DNA of 20,000 nt from contig JBOZIK010000001.1 of assembly GCA_051453625.1 (NCBI GenBank), positions 29,151,534-29,171,533 on the forward strand, read 5' to 3'. This stretch comes from Welwitschia mirabilis (taxonomy: Eukaryota). The position numbers and the translations under genes are program-made. Of this stretch, positions 1-11,312 are shown one piece after another. The stretch's first letter is position 1, and the number at the start of each line of letters is the position of its first letter. Under the pieces are notes generated by a model that ran no database searches, was not told the origin of the DNA, and worked only from the letters and a program-made list of their open reading frames with translations.

Positions 1-617
1 TATGTTCTATTATTTTATTCTTCTTTTGACTATTAGTTCCTGAAGCATTACTTTTAATATAGTTATTTTTTGAATTATATATTAGGTAATTATACAATAA
101 TTTTATTTTTTAAAAGTGATGATCCATTAGAATACATGATGTCTTTGAGTATTATCTAAGTGTATTTTCTTTTGTTTATTTGTTCTTTTTGGATGATTTT
201 AAGTCCTAATTTTAAATATTTATGTTAAAATTTAAAATCATATCTTGGTGATGTAATTTTTTCATTGAAAATATAAGAGGGAGTACCCAAATTTTTGTTT
301 AATACATGATCTAAATTAATTTTAAAATCTTATGATAGCTTAATAGATTAATTTAAATCTAAATATTATATTTTTATCAGCAAAGAATACTTTCCTCAAG
401 AAAAAAGATTTATGGTCAAAGTGAAGTTCTACAAGAGCCTCTAATTTATATTTATTAGATAATCTAAAAACTATTATGCAACTATCTATTCTGGAAAAAA
501 AATGATATTGTCACCTATGTTTAGATTACTCCAAGTGTAATTTTCATCACAAAGATGTAGGTCTAGAAAATTATGATAACCATTTTAAGAATTATGCAAT
601 ACTTATGTTGTAGCTTA

Positions 618-622
618 GATTT
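618..622 (+). repeat. Left target-site duplication GATTT (partner TATTT at 7021-7025)
   Basis: The 5-bp flanks immediately outside the LTR termini match at 4/5 positions. Confidence 0.65.
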
Positions 623-1978
623 TGTTTACATGCCAAAATTAACATTTTAAGCAAGTCTAATTGATCAACTTAGAATTGAAAAAGATACTTAATTTATTAA
701 TTTATCATAAAATGATTTCTTCTATTATTTTAAAATAAAATTTAATATTATGTTTTTTTATATGATAATTACAAATCTTTAGCCACATTTTGAAACACAT
801 GATGAAAGACGAACATAATTCTGTATGAAACAATGGTGGTAATAGAGAAATGAGATGGTGACACATAGTCATAGTATTAGAAGACATGTGACAGAGGTAT
901 GAGAAGATGGCAATATGGACATGTGATAATAGCACTAGTTAATAGAGGAACCTAACTCCAAAGAACATGTGTTGGACTCATCATGATAAATATTTCACCA
1001 AATGTTACATGACAATCTCAACCAAACACTATAAAATAACCTCCATCAAATGCTAAGTGATAAAGTTTTCACCTCATGCTAGAAGATAGAATCTTATCTA
1101 CTTAATGCTAAATGATGAAGATTGTACCCAAAAATGTAAGAACAAATATTGTAATCCTCCCTTACTTCCATCTCTTCTTATAAATGGTCCTTGAACCCTT
1201 TATTGTATTCACCTTTTGGTAGGTAAATGTGAGGAAGACTTGGAGGATTAGACATTATGGTGCTGTAATACTATTTCTTGGGGGTAGAATGCTCAAGGCT
1301 AGTTGAGAAGTTCTTCTTCTACTCCTCCTTTATTGATCTAATGTATTTCTTTTAGTTTTAATAAAGAGTTGGTTTAAATCCTTTTATTATTAATGCATAA
1401 TTTCAACTAATACTAGCAATGTTTAGGCATAACTAGTTCTTAAAGTAGGTTTTATTCTTTTCTTATTAACACATAGTAAAATGGTAATAGTAATCTTTAA
1501 ATAAACCTTATTTAATTGTAAAGTTATTTTGAATGTGTGAGTTGTCTAAAGTTACTTTTATGATTTATAGTATCTATTTTTTAATGGATCGTATGCATTT
1601 TAGTTCATATTTTTATAAAAGATTGTGAAGTATCTAGAGGACTTGATAAGTCATCAAAGCTCAAGTAGTAGATGCGATTATGCAATCACATTAAGCGTTA
1701 ATAACTTTACTATTTAGTGTATTTTTTAGATATAGGAATCATTTGAGCAAAGGAGGAGAGTTTGATGTATCACTAGATCCTTAGAGCATTTTTATTTCCT
1801 TGCATTACTAATTGAATATCACTTTCCTTCTATTAATTTCAATTTTTTTTTTGGTTTGAGTTTTTATTATAATATAATATTTTATATATTTTAATTAATT
1901 TACCTCCTACTTCCTTGTATAATAATAATACTAAGTATTTCATTTACTTAAAATCTAAACATTATACTATAATTAAGA
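623..1978 (+). repeat. 5' LTR of element 1 (~1356 bp)
   Basis: Aligns by eye along its length with 5656-7020. Starts TGTT; ends CTATAATTAAGA versus CTACAATTAACA in the other copy. Confidence 0.9.
1179..1185 (+). promoter_or_regulatory. Putative LTR TATA box (counterpart CCTATAAAG at 6261-6269)
   Basis: TATAAAT/TATAAAG at the same position in both LTRs, downstream of the U3 repeats. Confidence 0.5.
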
Positions 1979-1983
1979 GATTC

Positions 1984-2001
1984 TGATGTCATTGTTGGGG
2001 A
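1984..2001 (+). other. Primer-binding site, Athila type (eroded)
   Basis: TGATGTCATTGTTGGGGA differs from the Athila-type TGGCGCCGTTGCCGGGGA only by six C>T/G>A transitions; 5-nt spacer after the LTR. Confidence 0.85.
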
Positions 2002-2939
2002 TGTATTAGTATAGTAATTTTTTTAAGAGCACATGATTATTTTTCTTGCAATTTTTAGTTAGATTTTGTTTTTCCAATGGTGGGCACTAGTCCTTCTTCT
2101 AATGATACCTAAACTAGTCATTTTTTTGCATTTCTTTTGCTTTGTGTTCTTTTCTTATTGTTTTTAGTGGTTAGTACTAGTCATTTTCTAGTAAAACCTA
2201 GAGTGGTTCAAGTTTTTAAGTTTATTTCCCTTTGGATTTAAAACTTCATTTTTATATTATATATTTTTTAGTTATAGATCTAATGACTTTCTTACAAGTG
2301 GAATTAAAGCTTAAATTTTGAGCTAAAAATAAAATCAAACTCTACTAATTTATGTGTTTTGTGTGTTTTTATTATTTATGTAAATTCTTTGTACATTTTT
2401 TAGTACTATTACTTTTTATTCTTATTAAATATTTTGAGAAAAATAAATAAATGTTAGGTCTATTTTCCTATGTTGTAAAAATATAAGTTTCAAATGTTTC
2501 ATATTTCTCTTATCATTATATCCAACCTTGTAATCGAAACTATTTTGCACTACCTTGAAATAAATCTCTATATTTTCTTGATCATCTTTGCTCAACCTAA
2601 TCAACACCACTGGTGTTCTTACTTGGAATACTTTGTGCTTTTACCTAAAACCACCTATGACCTTTCTAGACCTTTTTTTTTTAATTGGCTTTCTCAAAAA
2701 TTTGAAAAAACTAGAAAACATGAAACCTTAACCCATTTTCTTAAAATTAAATCATGAGTTAGGCTTCAAATCCATTTCAAACAGCTTCTAATATTTAAAT
2801 TATCTTTTCCTATAGTTCTCATAATGATAATTGATCTAAGCAAACTATAGGAGATTTTATTAAATCAAAACAAACTCTAAAAGATCTTATTTAACATAAC
2901 ACATATCAATCTCATTATTTAAATCCTTTCAATCATAGG

Positions 2940-3870
2940 AAGACATTTGAAGAGTATCCTCAACCTCCTCCATAACTACTTAAAACTTTGAACATGAAAA
3001 TCATTATCATAAACTAAGAGAATTTGATTCCACTACTTCTTTAATCCCTCATGATTCTTATCTTTCAACTTCATATTTGTCATCCTTTGATCTATACCCT
3101 TCATTTTCTCTTTAATACCCTCCATTATTTGATCATTAATCATCAACTTCATACACCCATCAACCCTTTTCAAATTCCTTGGAAGATACCCTTATATGAT
3201 TCATGGAAGTCCAAGAATAAACGAATTAATAACAAATGCAAACAAATGAAAAGCTTGAGCAAGATGTCTAATAGTTAATCCAACTTACTACTTAAATATT
3301 TAAAACTTTAGAAGATAAAAATATTTCTACATTTCATGAACCTAGAAGTTTATAAAACTTTAAAGGAATTAGGGAAACTAAAATTAACAACACCCAAACC
3401 TGATCCCTTAGAAATGAGAAAGAAAGTCATAAAGAAACTAATGATGAAATCCAAGAGGACCTTGAGTTTAAACACTACTTAGAAAATGAATGGTTGCATG
3501 AACATAGGTTATACTTTGAACTAGAAGTAGATACTTCTAATAGTTATGATAAATCCATTATAAGTAAGAAAACATTTAATGAAGAAGAAAAATTTTAATG
3601 CTACACATTAGAGAATGAATCAATGAGTAACATGGATAATAGTAAACTTGAACTTATCTTTGAACCTTAATATTTTTTGCCTCTACAACCTTTGTGAGTA
3701 AGAATACCTTAAAATCTTAATTAAATGAAGAACATTAACCAAGAGCCTAAACATTATCCATCCCTTGAAAAGTATTTTTCTTAACAACCCCTTGAACCAA
3801 TCCTCTTATTTTCATCTTTAGCTTCTTAACAAGGTTTGAACCCCGATGATGAATATAAACCTTTACACCT
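2940..3870 (+). pseudogene. Degenerate Gag C-terminal fragment inside element 1
   Basis: Hand translation from 3170: SNSLEDTLI*FMEVQE*TN**QMQTNEKLEQDV**LIQL, resembling the Athila Gag coiled coil (SLEDTLxQFM...LExQxGQL). Stops fit CAA>TAA, CAG>TAG and CGA>TGA. Flanked by P/S-rich and E-rich broken frames; boundaries approximate. Confidence 0.5.
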
Positions 3871-5640
3871 TTAAAATAATTTTTTAATACCATTTTTTAT
3901 GATGATTTAAATTATCTAATGGGGTCTACTTTACCTATGTCTTCATCAAAAAATAATGTATTACATGAGCTATTAAGTAAACAAGAAAAGAGCAAGGGGT
4001 GGAAAATTGCTAATTTCGAATGCATTAATTCTAATACTAGTATTAATGTTCTTTCCATTTTTATAGATTCATGTATAAATGTTTATAGGGATTTGATCTT
4101 CTCTTTAAATTCTTTATATAATTTTGGCTCATCATTCAAACATTGCATTTATTATTTTGAGCCTTTACATTTATAATACTTTGGAAAATGCCTTAAAAAC
4201 ATTTTCATTTCATTGCATGATTTTAAGTTAGATTTTTTTTAAGTATATATTTTCCTTTTTAAATAAATTTTAGCTTAGTAAAACTAAAAATGCTTAAAAA
4301 TATTATGCTTAATATCCTTTCTCATTTAAAACCTTACATGAAATTCCACTCATATAATTATCTTCTAAAGAATGTTTAGATAGGAAACCCCAGATACCAT
4401 CCAAATAATCGAATAGGTCATCACCATCTTAAAATCCACTTTCCATCCTTTTTGTTTTATTTCATCTTCTTAACTCTATCAACCACCCTCCTATTCCATC
4501 TATCTATGAGTTCATAAGATTATATGATTCTGGTTCATGGTCCTAAGGAAATAAACTATTAATAGGTAATCACACTATTATTTTAAAATAGGTATAATTC
4601 AATTTTAATTATAGTTTTCAAGAAAAGGTTTTACTTATTTTTAACTTATTAATTTTAGTTTCACCTAAGGTCTTCTAATGGAAAAATACGATTGAATTAA
4701 GGTGGAATCTACTTTCATGTCAAGTTAATTATTTTATAAGAATTCTATGGTGACAACAATTTTTTTGACTAGATTAATGAACCAAGGACCCCTTTATGTA
4801 GAATAAAAATTATTTAATATGAGAAGGATGATTTAAAAAAAGAAAATAAAAACATCTCCTCTCTTAAATGCCTATTATTTTAAAATCAATTAAAATTGAA
4901 TTTAGGTAACTACATTAAGGCTATAAACACCTGTTGGTAATGCAAATTAACATGTTTAATTCTATTATAAGAATATTTGATAACACTAAATGCCTAATTA
5001 TATGTTAATAAAACTTGAAATAAGGAATAAATAATGATTGTAGAAAAGAAAATTTTGTAACGAAAAAAAGTGAAATTTGGAGATGATTTTTGTGATTACT
5101 TTCTTTGATCCTATGCTTAATAATTTGCCTAACTAATTCTTGATTACTTGTGGGTTTATTATAGGATACCTTATTTGTATGATACTGTAATAATTTTAAA
5201 TTTTGAATAAAATACATGAGATTTTCAATAAATATGACCATCAATTTATGTAGCCTATCTTCTTAATTTTTAGATAATGGAATTTTCATTAGATTTCATG
5301 TTTCATATTCCTTAAAAATTACATTTTAGTTTAAGCCTTTTATATGAGATTTTTCCTAACTACATTCATCATCTTTCAATACTAGCCTAATTAACTTATT
5401 CTCTAAAGCCTTACATGAAGTTTCCATCTTTGTAACTTAAAGGAAAAGGTTTAATTTTGGTTATAAAATATGGCATCTAGTTTTATAGAATTTTTTCAAA
5501 TTTTGTTGCCTCAATTATTAAAAATTATAAAAGGTTTTTAAAAACTGTCATGTCATTTACTTACTTGCCATTTTTACTTAGTCAATTTTTCCATTCTTTA
5601 CCATTTCTTTATCATCTTTTTACTAAGGATCTAGCAAAAG

Positions 5641-5655
5641 ACTAGCTAGGAGGTG
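5641..5655 (+). other. Polypurine tract of element 1 (eroded)
   Basis: ...AGGATCTAGCAAAAGACTAGCTAGGAGGTG directly precedes the TG of the 3' LTR and resembles the Athila pre-LTR context. Confidence 0.65.
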
Positions 5656-7020
5656 TGTTTACATATCGAGATTAACATTTTAAGAAAATATGATTAATTA
5701 ATTTAGCACAATAAAATATACTTAATTTATTAATTTATCATAAAATAATTTCATTTATTATTTTTAAAATAAAACTTAATATTATGTTATTCTCCATAAT
5801 GATTGTAGAGCTCTAGCCATGTTTTGGAATACATGGTAAAAATGACATAATTTCACATAAAATAATGGTGGAAATGGAGAAATGAGATGAATACACATAG
5901 CTATAACATTGGAAGACATGTAGTAAAGGTATGAGAAGGGGGTATTAGAGACATGTGGTAATAGCACTAATTGGTAGAGGAATCCCACTCTAAAGGACAT
6001 GTGTTTCACTCATCATAATAATGATTCCACCAAACATTACATGGAAACCTCCACCAACACTACTAGATAGCATCCATCAAATTATAAATGACAAAAATCC
6101 TATGAAACACTAGAGGATAAAATCTTGTCTATCTAATGCTACAAGATAACTTACATCAAATGCTACAAGATAAGATGTTATCTACCTAATGCTAAATGAT
6201 GATGATTCTATCTAACACTATAAGACAAAAGCCTATAACCATTACTTAATCCAACCTCTTCCTATAAAGAACCTTTAACCCTTTATTATATTCATATTTT
6301 GGTTCGCAAACATGGGGTAGAAATGGAGGATTAAACATCATGATCCTCTATTACTCTTTCTTAGGAGCAGAATGCTCAGGGGTAGTTGAGGACTTCTTCT
6401 TCTCCCCCTCCTTTATTGATGTAATGTATTTCTTTTAGTTCCAATAAAGAATTTGTTTAAATCCTTTTATTGTTAATGCATAATTTCAATTGGTACTAGC
6501 AATGTTTAGGTATAACTAGTTCTTGAAGTAGGTTTTATTCTTTTATTCTTAATGTGAAGTAACATGGTATTAGTAATATTTAGATAAAGCTTACTTAATT
6601 ATTAAGTTCTTTCAAATGTGTGAATTATTTAAAGTTACTTTTATGATTTATGGTTCTTATTTTTTAATGGATCTTTTGCATTTTTGTTCATACTTTTCAT
6701 GCTTATAAAGAGTTGTAAAGTATTAAGAGGAGATGATAACTCACTAACAATGATGTGGTGGATGAGATTATGCCTCCATGTAGAGCCTTAATAACTTTAT
6801 GATTTAGTACATGTTTTAAATAAAAGAATCATTGAAGCAAATGAGGATACTTGGATAAGTCACTAGATCCTTGGAGCATTTTTGTTCCCTTGCATTACTA
6901 ATTGAAGATCAGTTTTTTTCTCTCAACTTATTGTTTTATTTTATTTAGGTTTTCACGGCAAGCAAAATAATCTTGTATCTTTTGATTAAATTAAATCCAA
7001 AAATTGCACTACAATTAACA
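5656..7020 (+). repeat. 3' LTR of element 1 (~1365 bp)
   Basis: TGTT...AACA termini; diverged copy of 623-1978. ORF-track entries 705..935 and 5782..6009 are homologous read-throughs of the two copies. Confidence 0.9.
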
Positions 7021-10000
7021 TATTTCCTCCTATTTTTATTTATTCCTCTAATTTAATTAGATTTTTACATAAAAATATATGAAGATCAAAGTTCACGGTA
7101 ATATTTTTCAAATAATTGACATGACTATAATTGACATGATTTTCTAGTTATTTTTGGGATAAAACTCTTTAATTTTCTTCATTTAATATTGTTATCTAGA
7201 ACAAAACAAATTTTTACTTTTAAATTGATGAGGGTTGATAAAAAATGTAAAGCTTATGAATTCTTCCTAACTTTATATAGATCCAAGATATTAGCATTTA
7301 AAAATAAAAGAGTAAATGATACATTAGTATCAATTCTTAAAAGTTTTCATTGCATGGTATTTTATCTTATTGGATATTAGTATCTTTAGTGATTTTTCAA
7401 CTAGAATGTCTAAAATCAATTTTTCTTATTTTGTTATTCCTACATTTTCATTGTAGCTAATCTTTGAATCTTTATCTTGGGAATTGTTGAACTTATTATG
7501 AAATGTTAATCCTAAGTATGAGTTAAGTTTTTAGTTTTTGAATTGGAAACCATTAAGCTTATTGCATGTAATAATTTTCGATATCATTGCATTTTGGAAC
7601 ACTTCTTTTGAGGGTTTTAAATTACTAGATTAACCTTATTAGAGTAATTTGATTATTTTAAAGGGACTATTATGATTTCTTAATGCTAAATAGAATGAGG
7701 GATACTCTTTCTTCTTGGACTTACACTTTACTTAATATAATTCCTTTGGTTTTTATTCTCTCTAGATGATATGCATTCTTTCATTGCATGCTCCTCCTTT
7801 TTACATTTGGTATTAGGAATGGATACATCTTCAAATTTTATATTAAAAATTTTCACTCCTAAGATATCTAGAGTTTTACTTTAGTTGTACAAAAATTTTT
7901 AGGGCTTATAAGGATAAAACCCTGATCACAGTCATTCTTATTTCCTTTATTCTTTATCTATTTAACTAATTAACTCTACAAAAGACTTTAGTTACTTCTT
8001 GAAAAAGTGGGGTGAATGTTTCTAGATCTAAGTGAAAAATATAAAGCCCACATAGTAGTCCAAGTAGGATGTCTTCTTTCTCCATCAAAAAAGGGTTTCA
8101 TTCAATCAGAGCCAATTTCCTTTATTTAAATAAATAAGGTCATTTGCTAAAACATGTTTCTTATTCACTAAAGAAGAAAGTATAAAAGAATTAAACAATC
8201 TCTCAAGGTGATTACCTCACATGGAATATGAATTTTCTAGGTTTAGTTACATCAAGTATACACCTTAATAATGAAAGTTTTACCTCCAAATGATAGGAAT
8301 TTTCTAATAGGAATACACTCATATTAATAGATTATCCCTTTTTAATAATCCTCTAGCAATGTAACCAAGGTAGTTTTCTCATGTTTTTTGATTTAAAGTT
8401 TTTTTCTTTCTCCTCCATGAGGATAAACATTAATAAAGAAAAATACAACCAAAGAAATCTAGAAACCCCTTGTTTGCAAGATTTAAGATCTAAAAAATGT
8501 ATTAAAATAGAGCTTAGTAACATCTATGTTTGGAAATGTTACATACAAGGATATGCATTTTCATGTGGTTTCATGTAGGCTTAGTAAAGAATTACCTCAA
8601 TGTTGTATTAATGCATGCTATCTAAGTGCTTCAATAAAGACATTCATCAAACATTATATTCATAATATATGTAATAATAACATAGATTAATGAATACAAA
8701 ATGACATAGATATATCATTTTTAACATTATATGTTGTGTATTTTAATTATATAGTTATTAGTAAAATAGTTTATTTTGTATTGACAAGTTTACTTTCATT
8801 TGTTTTACTTGGTAGGAATTTTATTAGAAAGATGATAAGGATGTAAAGACCTAGAAAATGAGAAAATAATGGAGTACACAACAATATTCTTATAATATTA
8901 GAGTTGGTGGTTATTATAGTTATAAAAAAAAAAGAATTCTTATATTATAATAAAAATTCTTAAAAGTTTAATTAATTTATCTCATATTTTGAGCATACAA
9001 GTTCCTTATTCTTTTTGTAACGAAATGATTAAAGTAATAGTGCACCTTTTCATAATGATGTATATATCTCTTGAAATGATGCCTATGAGTTATGACATCT
9101 TAATCATAAAGACTATTCTAAAAATAAAATAATGACATTTTTCATGATAATAAAATACTACTTATGAAATAATACCTCAACATGTTGTTTTATTTTCGAG
9201 TAACATTGATTATCAATCATGGTATTGGAATCTTTTTTAAATATTTTTACAAGAAAATAATTATACTTATTACATTATTTAAATATTTACTATAAATTAA
9301 AATTAGTTTTTATATTATATGTAAAGAAAGATATAGATGAGCATGCTTCTATAATTATCAAATTTTAAAGTTCTAAATCAAAATATTCTCTACATAATAC
9401 ATAAAGAATGTTTATAATAATTACATTTTTAAATTTATTTATTTCTATAGAACAAAAGTTTCATTTAAGTATCCTTGGATGCATCCTAATACTAGAATAG
9501 TGATTCCATGACTTTATGGTTATGAGTTGGAATTTTTTTGTTTTAAGAAAAAAAATTCTTTTTAAAGAGAAAAGAAATTCACTTGAAAAGGATACTTAGC
9601 TATAAATATCCTTATCATATACTTAAGTAGTTAGAAATACATAGAAATTTTTATTTTTCTTCATGGAACTAAAATTAGTCTTATCATGTACAAATCTTGA
9701 GTTGTGTTAAATCATTTTACATAATTAAATAAGTAAAATTATTATGTTCAAGCTTAAACTAAAATACCTATTACTATGCACATTGAATTCTATGTCTTCC
9801 ACCTACCTCCTCTTCATCTTTTTCTTTCTAAACTTTTTATTAATGTACATGATACTTCCTCCTTAACTCCTCTTAAATATATTTTGTCTTGAAATGTGAT
9901 CTTTTAGTTATGTTTTATACCTCTTTCAATAATAACCTCTTGCATATTCCTTTTTTAAACTACCTTTCACCTCTACATTATGGAAATCTATAGTTGTTAC

Positions 10001-10348
10001 TAATCATTTCTCTCATTTCCTTTTAATTATTGCAAACATGCAAGATTTATCACTCTATTGAAGGTTCTAGAGTTGTTATGAACACTTTCATACTTCTTAA
10101 ACAAATTTGAAAATATTAATAAAGGGGTATTTTTAATACTTGAGTGATGTATATGAAAATTTTAAAAATCATTATTTTAGTTAAAATTTAGTTTGAACTA
10201 CACTTTCCTATTTCTAGTAGTATAAAAATATTTTACTTTCTTTATTTAGTGGACTAGTAGAAATATGAATAGCTATGTTTTATAGGAGTAGAAAGAGAGG
10301 AAAAAATTTATCATTTTTTTATTCCTTTCTTTCCACTTTTTCTATTAA

Positions 10349-10359
10349 TGGTATCAGAG
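10349..10359 (+). other. Primer-binding site complementary to initiator tRNA-Met
   Basis: Exact TGGTATCAGAG after a pyrimidine-rich U5-like tract ending TATTA-A (possibly an eroded CA). Confidence 0.65.
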
Positions 10360-11030
10360 GAAAAAATATCCTATAAAGAAACTCTTTTTTTATAACATTC
10401 AAAAAAGGAGATGTAAAGCCTAAAGAAAAAGAAGAGATAAATAAAATATGATAAACCTTTCTAAGAATGTAGACATTATAAAAATACTTGAAGTAAGAAT
10501 AGAGACCATTAAAACTACCAAAGGAAAACAAATATTAATTGAAAACATTTCATTAAATGGGAAGCATGAAATAACAAATGCTATTATGACATAGGCATAA
10601 CAAAAATGATTGGTATACCATAAAAAAGGCTTTTAAGGTCCTTAACACAAATGTAAAATCTAGTAAAAATAGAGGTACATGTCTATTATAACTTAATTCA
10701 TATACAAATCCAACAAAACAATTATCAAGTACACTAATAACCTTAAATATGATATCTTAAATGAAATGAATATGAATAATTACAAAATGAAAAAATAGAT
10801 ACCATAGTTTACTAGAAAAATAGATAATAAGATTAAAAGTCATTTATATAAGGATAATAACATAAAATAAGTCATAAAATAAGGAAATAAGTTGTGGTAG
10901 ATAAAATATAGCTAATGAGTGAAATGATATAAGAAATTAATTATATTAAGTAAGTAAAATATTATACTCCCTGATGATGTGCAGTGTTCTGATGTAGATT
11001 TTGTTGGACATATTTACTATGCTGTTTTTA

Positions 11031-11251
11031 GAGAGATTTTGATCTCTTACCTGATTCTGTAAGAGTTTGATTCACTTTGGACATATAGTANNNNNNNNNN
11101 NNNNNNNNNNNNNNNNNNNNNNNNNNNNNNNNNNNNNNNNNNNNNNNNNNNNNNNNNNNNNNNNNNNNNNNNNNNNNNNNNNNNNNNNNNATAGAGATTT
11201 TGATCTCTTACCTGATTCTGTAAGATTTTGATTCAATTTGGACATATAGTA
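11031..11251. repeat. ~60-bp direct repeat flanking a 100-N assembly gap (11091-11190)
   Basis: AGAGATTTTGATCTCTTACCTGATTCTGTAAGA(G/T)TTTGATTCA(C/A)TTTGGACATATAGTA occurs on both sides of the gap. Confidence 0.9.
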
Positions 11252-11253
11252 AT

Positions 11254-11312
11254 GAAAATTTTATAATTTCATTCAAAAAAAAAGAAAATTTTATAATTTC
11301 ATTCAAAAAAAA
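11254..11312. repeat. 30-bp tandem duplication
   Basis: GAAAATTTTATAATTTCATTC-A(9/8) twice. Confidence 0.9.

Larger units (their letters stand above)
623..7020 (+). mobile_element. Non-autonomous Athila-like Ty3/gypsy LTR retrotransposon (two LTRs, no pol)
   Basis: Direct repeats 623-1978 and 5656-7020 both start TGTTTACAT; the 3' copy ends ...ACAATTAACA. PBS-like motif 5 nt after LTR1, purine-rich tract before LTR2, flanks GATTT/TATTT. Confidence 0.9.

Noticed and set aside
705..935. Similar minus-strand ORFs 705..935 and 5782..6009 as a duplicated small gene
   Set aside because: Both lie in the LTR copies; the similarity reflects the LTR duplication, with different ends and no sign of codon-level conservation.
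2079..2210. Diverged ~40-bp repeat (ACTAGTC..TTCTA...ACCTA) ~90 bp apart, plus a 15-bp duplication at 7112-7139
   Set aside because: Short local duplications common in retroelement UTRs; no further structure seen.
9219..9232. TGGTATTGGAATC as a second Met-i PBS
   Set aside because: Too many mismatches and no recognisable downstream gag.
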